Source: Epiperipatus broadwayi
Taxonomy: Eukaryota > Animalia > Onychophora
Direction: 5' to 3'
DNA length: 64,000 nt
Assembly (NCBI GenBank): GCA_028023455.1
Contig: JAQFVV010000002.1
Coordinates: 992,001 to 1,056,000, forward strand
Under the pieces are notes generated by a model. It had not been told where the DNA came from, made no database searches, and saw nothing but the letters and a program-made list of their open reading frames with translations. The position numbers and the translations under genes were made by a program. The stretch's first letter is position 1; the number at the start of each line of letters is the position of its first letter. Below, one piece after another: positions 10,812-25,709 of the stretch.

Positions 10812-13800
10812 TACAATAATCTTTATTAATCCTTTGGATTACATAATATTGATTGTAAAGGTTACATGTTCTATCATGTTATATTGATTGTAAAGGTTAC
10901 ATGTTCTATCATGTTATGCAGGGTTTTATGTGGATTAATTTCAAGGGTTACAATAATCAGTTTCAAAGTATATTTATTGCAAATGCTGCTACTAGTTTTA
11001 CTACAGAGATGGATATCAAATTTAATCATTAAAGTCTTTAAAAAACAGTTCAATATAAAACTCAATTTCATAGATAGATAGGTTTCACCTAAGATTATAA
11101 ATTTGGTGTCATATTAAAAGTTATTTAGTCACTAAATTAATCTTGATTATTGTTTTTTTGTTAATCTTGAAATATACTAGGGAGATAACTTATAATTCAT
11201 GTAGCCTAAAATCAAGTTATGGGTACTATACAAAGAACAGGTCAGTTCAGATTAGAATTCCATATAGTGATATCTAGGAGATTGTGATAGTAAATTCTGT
11301 GGTCTGATAGTGGATGGAGTTGAAGGCAGTTAGTGAAGGTGAGTTTTGTTAAGAGTAATGGATAATACCATTGAATGCTATTCAATGTGGTTATTGTTGG
11401 ATTATGACCTATTATAGATTGGATGGTTGTGTTGACCAGGTGGCAGCAAAAATATCTGGGGGTGCAGTATTGTTGTCCCAGGACTTGATTTGTTGGAGCT
11501 TATTGATGAATGTAGCTGGATGTCTTCTGGTGTTGTTGTCAATGGTGAAGATGCAGCAAGTGCACCAGAAGGCATACAGGGTGAAAGTTGTTGCATGTGC
11601 TGTGGGATGATATATCTTCTAATAGAATTGAATTAGCTGTTGAGATAAACTGGTCATCTGTATATATTTAGCATGATAGTCCTCATTTGTTAGAGGGCTT
11701 GATACTGCTGAAAGAGATGTTGTGAGTTTCCTCTTGCATTACATAAGGTGTAGAATGGATTTATATTTTTATATAAATGGCAATACTAAAGAAAATGTGA
11801 TGTTGACAATGCATATAAGTTAAGACAAACTAGGAAATTGAAAAAAATAGGTCCAGGACCCTCTTTTGAAGGTGGATGGGTCCTATCCAGGGACCTTTTT
11901 TGAAGGGATGGAGTAGCTGGTAGTTATTGATACCAAGCATAGGAGAAGGATAATGTTTGTTGACCTCTGAATATAATATAGCATATGTTTGCCAGTATAT
12001 ATATATTTATTTGTCTTAGAACATGTTGATCAGTTGGATGCTGATAGGATTGATTGGTAAAGAGTGAGTAGAAATATAGCTGATATAGCAGGAGGTCTAT
12101 CAGTAGGGATTATTTGTAACAATGATCATAATGCTGGGAACTTTTGAACAATTTATGCAATTGAATTTATGGCTTTGTGAAAAGAACATTTGGGTACTGT
12201 GGAGGTCCAGACCATTATTAATCAATGGGCAACAGTCTTTTAGCTGAGATTGTAACTGTTTTTCTGCCCCATAATAACTTATTGCACAGGGAAGTGATGG
12301 CATAATTAAACAATTTTAAAAAATTAACAATAGGCAAATAATGTGTAATCTTAGTCATTATGAGAATATGGAATAGGTGAATTTTAGCATAAAGGGAGAG
12401 ATAAGTTTGGAGAGGGAGTTGGTAATCTGTGTGGCATTTTCTTTAAGTTTGTTTGGTAAGGTGTTATTCATTATAAGTGAACCCATGTAAAATGAAAAAC
12501 CTAAGAAAGAGTTTGCCTTTCCCTGGAGTATTTGAGCGTGTGGTTTGTTGGTGTGTACACCATGCTATTGTTTTAGTCATGTTAAATCTAAGTTTATTTA
12601 TGGCAGTATATTGAGTTAGGATGCTGTGCAATGTGGTGAGATGCTTATGAGATGGCAGAAAGACTGATATCATCCATATATGGTGAGTATGTAAATTTGG
12701 ATGCCTGAAAATGTCTGTTGTATATGCTTTAATAGGGGATTTATGTAGAAAATGAAGAGCAGTGCAGTAAGAGATGAGACTTAGATGGATTGCATAGGGG
12801 TGGATGATGGTGAACTTTTTCCATTAAGAGTGATATGTATCTCTCTGCACTGCAGTAAGTTGGTAATTAAGTAAAGCAAAGTACTTGAAATGGTAGTGTT
12901 AGCTAGCATATCAATCAGAATGGGAATAGACACAGAGTCAAATGCAGACTCTATATCTAGCTGAACTGCAATTGGAGCATATTTTTTCAGTTTTGAACTT
13001 GAGTTCAAGACTGCTTTAATCATCAAAGCAGTCTGTATGGCAGAAGAGTTTTTTTTTTTTTGCAAACTGCTTATTGGAAATTAGAGGAAGTAAGTGTGGC
13101 TCTAGATGATCCTTGACAACTTTTACCAGTATCTTAATTCCCAGTGGCTCATGGGAATTGGATAAAAATTGGTTAGAATAAAAGTTAAACCTGACTTTGT
13201 GATTGAATATAAACCTTTGTTGACATACATCCTTTGGGATAGATAATTTGCCAGGTCACAGAGGTATAGTGCAATAAAGTGCCTAAGATGGGCAAAAACA
13301 AAAGCAGGGATTCCATTGAAATCTGGGAGACATAAGTTAATTATAGTGGCAAGATTGTCAGTAAATTAGATGGTTTGAAATGAAGTGTTGGTATCAGGTG
13401 GCACAAGTAAGTCTGAAGGTGGTATGAATGCATTGTGGATTTCTAACTTCTGCTTGAAATATTGGTATATAGGATTAATCATGTTATAACCTGCACACAT
13501 ATTACCATCAACTTAGAATGCCATATGATTTTTTAGTGTGGATGGGTGGTCCAGGACCCAGGGAATATATCCCCAGGTCCATTTATGTTGGTGAGTAAGA
13601 CAAGTTCTTAATTTCTTAATGGCAAGATATTCTTTAAATTGGTTGTTTGTTTTTTGATAAGCCTGGGAAAGTGCATGTAACTGTTTATGAGTATGATGTG
13701 CAGGATTCATTAATGTAATCTATGTATGCAATTCATTAGTCAATGCCAGAAGTCAGAAGGGTGGAGGGAACTGTGTGTGAGATGTTGGATATTGAATGAT

Positions 13801-16490
13801 ATTATATGTATAAAGGTGAGGTACCTTTGGACTGGATCAAGTTCTATTTGTTCCAATTTCCACAACAATATATATATATATATGTTTCATAGAATAAGAA
13901 TTCTGTAGTACGTGAGGGTAAAAACTCAAATGGTTTTATGTAAATGAATGGCTGTGATGTGTAGTTCATCAAGATTCAGGATAAAAGATTGTCCAGAGAG
14001 GTCAGAGAAAGTAGGATTAAGGTCAAGTTGAATTAAATGATGTAGAATTGGGGAGTAAAAACAAACCTCGATGAGTGAGGCATGCTGCTTATTATGGAAT
14101 GTGACAGAGTTGGAAGGCAAAAAGCCCTGACCACTCATAAGTGGAAAGATTATCAAATGAAGTCATTTTGACATGAATTTTTGACAATCAAGATTAAAAT
14201 CTCCCATTAAAACAGTTGGATGAGGTGAAGAAGCAACCAAAAAATTAATTGTCAGAATAGTTGAAATAGCAGTATTGCCAGGAGGGACATATACACATAT
14301 AATATTTAGTGTTGTAATATGGCTGTGAAATGTGGTGATAAAAATATTTGAGTCTATATAAATAATCTTGACTGATGTGAATGGTCTGCTGGGATTGATA
14401 ACAATACCATTCTAACTGATGATGAAGGTGTGTCTCTGGAGCAGACACAGAAGCCCTGTTTATTGAAGTAGCAGCAGTAGAAACCTGGGATCCATTGTAT
14501 ATTTTCATCTCAAGCAATCCAAGCATGTGAGGTTGTATATTGCTTATCCACTTTTTTAATTGAAAGATTTTAGTTGCTGGGTTAATACCTTGAACACTAA
14601 GTGCAGTAATTTTTAGTTTCATTTATCAGGGGATTTTCAGGTAATTAATTCTAGTTGTCAGTCAGGATGGTTGTAAATTCTTAAGGTTTTCAAGAAGGTC
14701 TGGTTTTATAATTAGGAATTTATAATGGTGGTTGATCAATAGCTAACAGTGTTCCCAGCCCAGCTGTTAAGTGTATTTGTTGTTTGTGGGAGGTATGGAT
14801 AGATTGATCTATGAAGCCAGCTAAGAGGTATTCAGTTTACATGAGGGTATGACTGGTTTCTACAGAATCCATCAATAAGTCAATCACATCTATTTTTTTT
14901 TAAGTTGCCAAGTCTTTTTGGGGGGAAGTTCAGGCTTTTGTTTTGTTACATTAGAAGTGTTGGTGGTTGAGACAGTTGATATAGGTGGTAAACATGGGGA
15001 AATTTTCTCCATAATAGGTGTTGCTGTTTTATTATGTATATAATGGTCATTGCCATATGTATGATTATAAATAAGAGCTTCTGGGGCAGTATTAATATTA
15101 TTTGAGACAGTGGTGGCTTCAGTTGTGCATTAGAAGAAGTTTTGGAAACAACATTATTTGAGTCAGGTGTTTTTTGTACATCAATTAAGTTGGCATGATT
15201 ATCATTATCTGTCTAAGGGAGTGCCAATTCAATAGGTGGTAGAGTAAGATAGTGGATGGATGAATATATAGGATAGGTAGTATGTGCATGGATAAACTCT
15301 TGACTATTTATGGATGTAGTCATGAAAATATTTGCAGTTAACTGTTCTTTGTTGACTTGGGGATTTAGGTGATCAGCTGGTTTTCCTGAAAGTGAAGTTT
15401 GGAGATTAATACATTGCACTGATAAATGATCCTGCTGGTGACAGGAGTAGCACTGGGATTTCAATTCACTGATATATAAGCATATGACAGCTTCTTGATC
15501 AAGGATTTGTGTTGGAATTATGTTTGGATCAATATCATGGTGCAGTTGTAATTTGAAATCATAGCTGTTACTAGGGATGGGTATAGGGGTAATTTTGCCA
15601 AATGGTTGCATCATACACTGGAAATCTTGAAGGGTGTATCCCAAGTAGGTGTTTTTGAGTATGCCTGTGATACAGTTGTAGTGATTTGGATCCACCGTAA
15701 TTAAGGCAAAGTTTCCAAGTGTTTTTATTTGTGTTTTGAAATCAGTCTCTATGTGTTGTCTGAAAGAACTCAATTATCAAATACCTGGGATTTGGATGGT
15801 CAGCAATATGTGCAATGGTATCCCACAGTCCATGCAAGGATATTGCATCAAATAATAATTGCCTAGGAAATTTATATAGACAAATATTGATGTCAGTGGT
15901 TATGGACCTTGTAAAAAAAATCTATTTAAATTTGCAAATAATCATCTTGGGATCAAATTGTTGAACCTTTCATCTGTGTTCCAAACTATAGAGGGGAGGT
16001 ATTGTTCTTTTTGGATATTGAGGTCCAGTTTTCTGATATCACTAGAGGTGGTTTTTCTATATCTTGGAGATGACTTGGGAATAGTTGACATATTGTTACT
16101 TTTGTTATTAATATCTATTGGATTATTATTACTTTTCCTATTGAGCTGTTGAGGGTTAATTTTAGTAACATTACCATATGTTTGTATTATCTTTGATCTT
16201 TGGAATTCAGTGTTAGTGAAATTAGAAGTGGTTAAAATATTACTTTTATTATTTATAATTATTGGATTATTATTACTTTTGGTACTGATCTGGTGAGTAT
16301 TAATTTTAGCATCATTAGCATCTGTTTGTATTATATTTGAACTTTGGAATTCAGTGTTAATAAAATTGATGCCAGCCACCTGGTCATGTGACAAGCTCAG
16401 TCATCATATTAATGTTATCTTGTCAAGTGAAAGCTTTAAATGATTTTTAAGCAAATAAAACTGGAGCTTTTTACCTACATTGTTGATAGC
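10812..16490 (-). mobile_element. L1/Tx1-like non-LTR retrotransposon, near full length but decayed
   Basis: ORF1 remnant with zinc knuckle CYSCHQQDHLSVQC (15213-15773); AP-endonuclease start MKLKITALSVQGIN (14245-14622); RT motif VQLDIESAFDSV (12781-13065); 3' (AAT)n tail near 10779-10811. The clade call is tentative. Confidence 0.8.
16090..16365 (-). repeat. 135-bp in-frame tandem duplication within ORF 15942-16394
   Basis: NTEFQSSNIIQT...KSNNNPIIINNKSN is repeated as NTEFQRSKIIQT...KSNNNPIDINNKSN. Confidence 0.8.
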
Positions 16491-17319
16491 TGAATTATTA
16501 TTATTGTTGTTGTTGTTATTATTATTAGATGGGAGATTATAATGGTTTTATATTTGAATTCAAGAAACTAAAAAAAAGTTAGATGGATATCGAGATTACA
16601 ACTAGAAATTGTAAATTGTTAAAGAATATATATATACTTTTAAAAGATTCAAGAATGTAGTTAACGATGTTATGGCTTGACCTAACTGGTGAAGGAAGTT
16701 CCCTTAATACTTGTTCTGTGCTTCTTGGTTGTCATAAGTTACCATTAAGAATTTGATATTATCTAACTTAAATACTTAATAAAATATGCTTAAATGCTTT
16801 CATTCCTATGTGTTCTTAAAAAGTATATTAGCTAATGTGTATTTGTTATAAAATTTTGAACAAAGTTTAATTTGTCAGGAAAAAAGAATACTATGGAAAA
16901 TATTGTCAAAACAGGGACTGTAGCACAAGGATGTTATTTGTTTTCTGAAATACCAAGAAATGAAACACATTATTTAATAACATCTTGTAAATAAAAAAAA
17001 ATAAAATAGTATTTTGTCCAGAAAAGGGCAAGTAAATAAGTAGTAAAGCACGACTCAGATACCAATTGTTATGCAGAATTTTTAAAAGAAAATAGTTTGA
17101 TTATATAAAAAATTGAACCCATATTAAAAACATCATTCACTAATTAGATTCTATATTTTACATTATTTCTTAGATATAGACTAAAAAAAAAAAAGAATAG
17201 GATGCTTATCATCAAAAGCAGATCACAAGAGCAAAATTATTATAAATATTTTATATTATATATATAATCTTTTAATTAAATTAAAAGAAAAAAAATAACA
17301 GAATATTCTACAAATAGAG

Positions 17320-18120
17320 TACTTCGAAATATTTTAATGTATGTAATTTATATAAAAGATTATTTTTAAAATGTGCTTTCATTCTTACTTGAATGTACAT
17401 GTTCTATATTATTATTAGCTTAGAAAGTTAGGATTGCAAAAGATATTGTTAATATTACCCGTAGTGAATGGATATTTTAAATTATCTTATTGTTTAAATA
17501 TGTAATAACGAAATTTGTGAGATACTGCAAGAATTTTAAAATCAAAGTAGAATTCCCGGTACATTTATGATTGATTTATTTTTTGCATACAACATTTTGT
17601 GTAAGTATAAAATTTATTGTTGAACATATAGAGAAAATATGAAGAAAGAAAGTAACGCTATATATCTGACAGCAAACAATTTTGAAAAATGTCTATATTT
17701 TTTCTTATATCAGGTGTTTTTTTTTTTTTTTTAAAAAAAATCACTTTTTAAAGAATATTCCCATGATTTTAATGACATTAACTTAAATACGCGACTGTAG
17801 GTTCTTTCATTTAAAAATACATTTGGTGTATTTATTAAGTTATGTAACGGTAGTAATATAATTGAAAACATTATTTAAAAGTAAAACTAAACAAAAGAAA
17901 ATTCCTTTCATGCGTCACGATTTTAAATAAGATGATAATGCATGATCACATTACAATCTTAAATATCGTAACTATCACAAATATTATTTTTTATAATTAC
18001 TGTTTATTTATTTACTGTTTAATTAAAAATATGGGTTTGATTGAATGTAAACTAAAACAAAACATAACTAATTGCGAAAAATATTTAAAACGAGTTTTGT
18101 CGAAGAGCGCGGGATTAACA
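17320..18120. promoter_or_regulatory. CpG-retaining non-repetitive island, possible promoter
   Basis: Many CG dinucleotides (acgcgac, gcgtcacga, gagcgcggg) in otherwise CpG-poor DNA, with no transposon termini seen. Confidence 0.3.
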
Positions 18121-18164
18121 TTTTTAGACAATAGCTAATTTTTTATTCTGCACTATTTAATAAC

Positions 18165-18275
18165 TGAAATACAGGCTTATTCCCACCACTCTATCTCATA
18201 ACACTGATACACTTGAACACATATATGTCAAAAAGATAAATAATCACCATATAAGTATTTCATGCTAAACCAGCA
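18165..18275 (-). repeat. Family B fragment, truncated within the HHR
   Basis: Matches 24860-24880 and 24925-25027. Confidence 0.8.
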
Positions 18276-19427
18276 TTATTAATTTTAATAAAATAAATAT
18301 ATATAAAGAAAGAAAAAATGAGAAATCATCATTGTTTTTGTCTAGAGCCTGAATCCAGGCCAAGTAAAATTAAAAAAAAAAAAACCCAAATCGATTCATA
18401 TAGCTAATTATAGGTAGTATAGTTAGCTATCAAATTTATTCATATGTTCACTAACAGTTATTTAAAAAATAGTCACTTTAACTCCAGAAAAAATGGAAGA
18501 AAGAAAGTTAAATAAAAAATTGATATTTTTTTTCTATAATTATACAAATCATAATAAATAGGGCATTTATATCACATTCTTGTTTTTTTGTTTGGTTATT
18601 TTAAAATCCCCTATTTATATCCCATTTATTTTTTCAGCAGCATATTTTGCTTGGCTTTGCTACTTTTTCTAGTTGTTTATTTTATTGAATTCTAAAACTC
18701 AATAATATTCTTCAATGTAAGCAATCAAAATTACATCTTTTTAAATATGTCTGAGATAATCCGTATAATGTGAGATATGTATAATTTTTAAAAATTATGC
18801 CCAAATCATCATAAATTTTTTTTGTAGAAATATATTACTGCTCATTCATTTTACTTGGGTAATCAAATAAAAATATATCCATGTAATAGAAGATTCAATA
18901 TCATCTCATAAAGGGAATTAAGAACTTATCTATTGATTTATTTTATGTTCATGCCATGTCTTATAACTTATTTAACATTTATACATAAAATAATTAGCTT
19001 TATACCTATAAAAATACCATTAATATTTATTTAATTTATTAAATGCAGAATCAATTTACATCTTAATATACAATATTATGCATTTTATTAAAAAGGAAAC
19101 AAAGTTATTTAATTTTATTTACTAGCTTCGTACAAGTTAAACCCCCTAAAGATTTATTTTTCTACTACTGGCTGATAAAATATCTAAATTTTTTGAACAT
19201 CAATTACTAGATTAAAATATGTATTGTTTGCATTCAAAACATTAAAAACTAATATATGGTGTGGCTGAAGATCTACTAGATCCATATAGCTATTTGAGTT
19301 TTATAGCTGGGTTTGAAGACATGTACATGTCTGAAAATTTCAGATTTTCCACTCAATAGATAACCTTTAGATAAGTGCTTGGCTTTGGGTTGGTATTTTT
19401 AGATCTAGTGTCTGAACCTACCCTGAC

Positions 19428-19470
19428 ACCTCTCTGAGGAGTGCCAAAGCACGAAACCATGGTCAGGGGT
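19428..19470 (+). ncRNA. Canonical minimal type I hammerhead ribozyme within a family C-related repeat (about 19250-19650)
   Basis: ACCTCT-CTGAGGA-GTGC caaa GCAC-GAA-ACCATGGT-C/AGGGGT. All core residues are present, with G10.1-C11.1, a GUC triplet and predicted cleavage after 19464. Confidence 0.9.
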
Positions 19471-20446
19471 TGAGGGGGGTTCCTGACAGAGATATTTTAA
19501 GTGCTGGCTCTGGCTAAGCATTTATCACAAAGCTTGTAAAGGAATCGGCAATCCTCATTGTTTATTCTGGAAACCTGTTTTTAAATTAGAGAGAGTGACA
19601 TATTCATCAGCATTTTGTAAACTTGGAAAACTAAAGGTGGAAATGTTTGTTTTTACTTTTAATAAATTTATATTAACAACTCCCTTATTAATTCTATATC
19701 ACATCTTGATGCCTTTATTATGAAACCATTTTTAAATTGTTCAAAATAAAAGACATAATAATAAAGCTCAAACCATATTCATATATCTTTTAAGCATCAG
19801 TATTATTTATAAATGTCTTAAGTAGAAGCTTAATATTATAAATAAACTTTAGAGAAAAGTAACTAATTTCAAATATTATTACTAAAATATGTGATTGACT
19901 GACTAAGTCTCTAGATCAAAATATGGAAAAGTAATATACAAAAACTCTTTATTCAACACCATTTTTATGCATCTGCCAGGACAATGAAAAATAAGTCTGA
20001 AATGTTTAATAATTTTTTGAAATGGCAGCAAGTCTCGGATAACCAGTTATTTATAACTGGAAGCAAATTATATTATGTATTTTGTAATATTACATAACTG
20101 TATTCTATAAAAAATAACATGTCAAGATAAGTATTTTAGTCTTATATATTCTATTATCTTATGAATTGATAAAATTAAAACATTATTTTGATGATGTGAT
20201 ATAAGTCATGGCCTATATGTTCCATAATTTTGAAAATAAAATATTATCATCATATTTTAAAATATTATATTTCCTCATGATCTGCAGATTTTCAAGATTA
20301 TAAAAGATTAAAAGAAGTAATCTAAATTTTTTGTATTATTATTCAAAATAATATTAAAATATTTAATTTTATCTATTTAAATATTATAACTATCTTAATG
20401 AAAATAATATAAATAATTATTATATCTTATTGATAATTGTTTTTAG

Positions 20447-21321
20447 CTAGCAAGCAAAACAAGAATGGAAAACCCAGAAATCATCATTAACATGAAAAGA
20501 CAGTTTGGATTGGTGAGCATTTAACTTGCTCTGGCCAATTTAAAGTACTGTTCTATTTATCTTTAGAAAATCATAACATGTGATAAGGAAAATGTATCAT
20601 TTATTTAGAGTTAAAAATATAAACTTTAATTAATTTTGCTGTTTAAAATCCTTTCACCCAAAAACAAAATATTCTTTTAAATTATTAAAATGTAATCTAC
20701 TGATTTTGTATTTTTTTAAAAATCTGTAATAAAAATTTAGCCCAATTGATTTCTTTTCCAAATATAACATATTTCAATGCAAAATCTTTTTATAGTTGAT
20801 CAAAAAAACTTCTGGATAAAACTACATAAAAAGACTTTAACAAATAATACATATCATTTTAAATTTGATTTTGTGGAATTGTATTTGAAATTTGTTGTGG
20901 GCATGTATTCTTATTAGGGTTTATTAACTTTAATTTTTGACTATCTATTTTTTATAATAAACTTTAAATAAGAATTTATTCTTTTTTTTATTATTAATCG
21001 TAGTTAACAGAAAATGGATTAATAGTATATTCTTTAAAATGTATGTCTATCACAGCCATAACTAGATATTTATTGTTTTGAAAATATCTCAATTTATTAC
21101 TTCTGAATATAAATCTCTTGTCACAGTTGTACTAAAAATTCATTTTGTCAGTATGATTTTTGCAAAATGAAATGGATATACTTCATCACTGTAATCATGT
21201 ATTAAATATTGACAGGCTTTATAAATTAAAATAATGTTAGTTCAATTAGTATAAATACAATATGTGATATTCAAGAGTCTAAATTCCTTTGAGGGAAAAT
21301 CTAATAATAAGAATAATAATG

Positions 21322-21382
<61 letters not shown>

Positions 21383-24300
21383 TGATGATGATGATGATGA
21401 TGATAATAATAATAATAATAATAATAATTCAAGTCAATTCAATGTTTATTAACATGTAAACATACAGTACAACAAAGACCAAAAAGTCTACATTTGATTG
21501 CTATTACAGCTCAGTTACTGTTGAATTGCTTTTTTAAAGCTATTAATTGACAAATGGAAAATATCTATGTTTTTAAAATATTTATTATAAAAATCTGGCA
21601 ATCTGACCAATGTAGATCTTTTCAAATCCTCTAAATGAAAATAAGGTATATAAAATAGTTCAGTATTTTTACAATTCAACTTGGGAATCCTATATAGTAT
21701 CTTTGTCTCCAACTCAGAAACATCTATTTCCCCTTTCACTATCTTTTGCAATATTAACAGGTCACTAACAAGTCTATGATTGAACAATTTATTACTTGAA
21801 TTTCCTAATTTCTTTTTAAGCAATATTAATTCTCGAAATTTGCATTCCATATAACAGATCCACAATAGAGTATTGAAATTACTAACATTGTAAACAATAT
21901 CAATATAATATTTAAATCAAAATTATTACTTATCCTCAAAATAGGACCTAATACTTTATGTGCTTTTCTTACACTATATGAAACAATCTCTGTAAATGAT
22001 CCATTAGCAGAGAAAATTATTCCCAAATCCTTATGACTAATATCTCAGGCAATATGTTTATTATTTAATGCATAATTATATAAACTTTTACCAGATTACC
22101 TAGTAAGTGTTAGAATTTTACATTTTCTAGCATTTATAATCATACCATTTTTAATACATCATCTATGTAAACATTCTAAAATGTTTTGCAACTCCAAATG
22201 ATCTGATAAACTATAAATTATGTTAAATATTTTTATATCATCAGCATAACAAAAAATATTCTTACCATTTGTAAAACAATGCAAATCTGAAGTAATTATT
22301 GCAAATAAATAAGGACTTAATACACTACCTTGTGCCACTCCACAAATAGGATAAATACAATTTGACTATTCATTATTAAAGAAAATATAATGAGGCCTAT
22401 TCAATAAATAAGATTTAGAAAGTTCGATCAAATGTTTAGATAATCCATATGCAGCTAATTTTAATAACAAATCCCCATGACTCACTCTATCAAAGGCTTT
22501 ACATAAATCCATATATATATATATATAACATATAATTGTTTTTGCTGATCAAAATTTTGTGCTATTATATCATTTATTGTAATTAAATTTGTATTTATTG
22601 ATTTTCCTGGTATAAATCAATGCTGATAATTAGGAAACCATTTGGAAAGATTATTAGATAAATGCTTAAGGAGACACTTATCAAAGATTTTGGCTATAAT
22701 ACAAAGTAGAGATATAGGTCTATAATTCTCAACCTTTATTTTAGATCCCCTCTTGTGTATTGGTACCACTTTTGTTTCTTTCCATAAAGAAGGATAAGTA
22801 TTAGACTTCAGAGATAAATCAAATAAATGCTTCAATATTGGAGCCAATAATTGTCCACAACCCCTTTAAATAATGATGGTATGTTATCTATCACTACACT
22901 TCTTTATTTTTAAGTTGTGCAATAGATGAGAAAATTGACTCTATAGATACCTGATTAAAATTTAAGCTTCATTATTAACATTAATTAATGTCTCATAACT
23001 AAAATTATCATTACTATTACTATAAATTCCATCTTCCACATTTAAATTGAATATAAATGAGAAGTCATTCACTACTATTCCTATATTTTCATTTTGTAAG
23101 GTATTTCTCTTTAGTATAAGGAATTTAATACATCCCCAAAAGTCTTTTGGATTTCTTACTAAATTACTTTCAGTTCTCTTTAAATAATCCTGAAAATCCT
23201 TTTTTTAATAATCTTTGTAAATAATCTATATATCCTAAAATTATGCCAGTCAAATATAGAGCCAGTAATTTTAAAATCTATCTAAAATTTTAGTTTGTGC
23301 TTAATTCCTTTAATAAGAACCATAGAAAAACAAATTGGATTTTAGTATGAACTTTTAAACTAGGTATAAATATATTTATATGTTCTGTAAGCCTGTTCTG
23401 AAAATTAACAGCAGCATCTTCCACATTATTGCAATTATACATACATCCCCAACTATCATGCTATAATGCCTTGTACAAACCCAAATAATTATCTTTGGAA
23501 TAACACCTTTTAAAATTATATTTTTTTACATTCCTATATTAAAATAGGCAATTTATTTCCAAAGGTGGATGAAAAACATCTTCTTTAATAAAAGACTGAT
23601 TACACTTAGTGCATTTTAAGTTAAATGGGAAATTATTAAAAACTAATTCTAGTGTCATCTCATAATTATTACAGATATCTTTACTTTGTGTAAGATTCAG
23701 CATATTAACAGCAGATAGTAACCTTAATGACTTAGAATTAAGATGAGTATGTTTATTATTTATAAACTTAGGAATGTTAAAGTCACCAACAATCATAACT
23801 GATCCTGTAAATATCACAAGCAATTCTTCAACAATATTAAAATAATCATTAAACTGCAAAATACTTATTTTCAGTTGTAAATAAACATTACTAATGATCA
23901 AATTTTCATATCCTAAATTAGTAGATATCCAAATGCACTCAACATCTATATGTAAATCTAATACTGTGCCCTCAAAATGAGATTTAACAGGAATATGAAC
24001 ACCATTTTCTCTACTATTCCTGCTCATATTTCAATCATACCTAAAAACATATTGATTATCATATAACTGACAATCAATAATATCTTCAATAAGCCATGTT
24101 TCTGTAATGAAAATTATATTGTAATTCATTAATAAAACTTTCATAAAATTCCTGAAGTTTTGTCCTCAAACCCCTAGAATTTTGTTAATAACAATTGAGT
24201 ATATTACTTTTATTCATTATAGATGTACTACCATTCAAAACACTATTATTTGACTCATTCACATTAACAGTTATATCTTTATTTAATTTCCCAAAGAAAG

Positions 24301-25709
24301 GCAATATAACTGCATGTTCCAGCCACAAATTCTCATCATTCATTTTACTACTATAAGACTCTGGAATAGAAACATAAAATGAAGCATAATTTGAATTAAC
24401 AGTTAAAATTTTGTGATACATTACTGAAATATTTAATGCAATTTCTAAGTAACTTCTAATTTTCTCTGCTGAAGTCATTTGAGAAAATCTAGTCAGAAAA
24501 TATTTTTAGAATGCACTCTAGGTTTAACTGTTTTCAATATGTGATCTGAATTTCTACCAATCATTGGCTTTTCTTTTCTTCTTACCATATTTTTTTTTAT
24601 TTTTATAATCTACAAATTCTTCACAATTAAAACTTTCAGAATTATTTAATTTCTCATTTGCATTATCATTAGTAACATTCAATTCAACTTTTTTTATTAT
24701 TGTTATAGACTTTTTATTATCAGTATCTTTTTCATTTCCTTTATTTTTAATCAAAATATCTTTATATGTAGACCTAATAGCTTTATTAATTAAAGAGTAG
24801 TCATTGTCTTTCTAATAATAATAATAATAATAATAACAACAGTAATAATAAGAATATAACTGATATACAGGCTTATTATATATTGATGTAATATATAGGG
24901 TATATGAGCACAGACTTTCACATGACCCACCACTCTTCACTCTATCTCATAACACTGATGCACTTGAACACATATATGTTGAAAAGATAAATAATCACCA
25001 ATATATGTATTTCATGCTAAACCAGCAACCATCAGTTGATCCAGATTATCATCTCCACACACTTATATAATCTGGACCAACTGATGATTGATGGTTTAGC
25101 ATGAAATATGTATATTGGAGATTATTTATCTTTTTGACATATATGTGTTCAAGTGTATCAGTGTTGTGAGATAGAGTGGAGAATGGTGGGTCATGTGAAA
25201 GTCTGTGCTACTATACCCTATATATTACATATATTGATACAGGTATATAATAAGCCTGTATATCAGTTATTACATAGTAGAGATGTCTGCCCATCCCTTG
25301 TATATGTATTAAATGGATTATGTCCTGTACATGAGGGGTCAGATTGACTTTAGGTCAACATGGGTGTGACAAGAATCTTGGACTCAGTGGCCTTTGAGCA
25401 TTCCATCATCAGATTTTCAATTGGATGGACAGTTGAAGAGTTGGAGGGTGAAGTGGATTGAAGCCTGTCCATTAAAGTATGAAGATTGGCTCTCTTAATA
25501 TATATCTGAGTACTTATTGCATATATGTGTAGAGGTGATAATCTGGATCAACTGGTGATTGCTGGTTTAGCATGAAATATGTATATTGGAGATTTTTTTT
25601 TTTTTGACATAGATGTGTTCAAGTGTATCAGTCTTATGAGGTAGAATGGAGAGTGGTGGGTCATGTGAAAGTCTGTGCACATATAGCCTATATATATTAA
25701 ATAATAATA

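Noticed and set aside
21264-21452. Asn/Asp-rich ORF
   Set aside because: It is the translation of a trinucleotide microsatellite.
25398-25430. Additional HHR from minus-strand GAAAATCTGATGA (also near 53590)
   Set aside because: Spacing is too short for stems I and III; the sequence lies in the ORF-derived part of family B.
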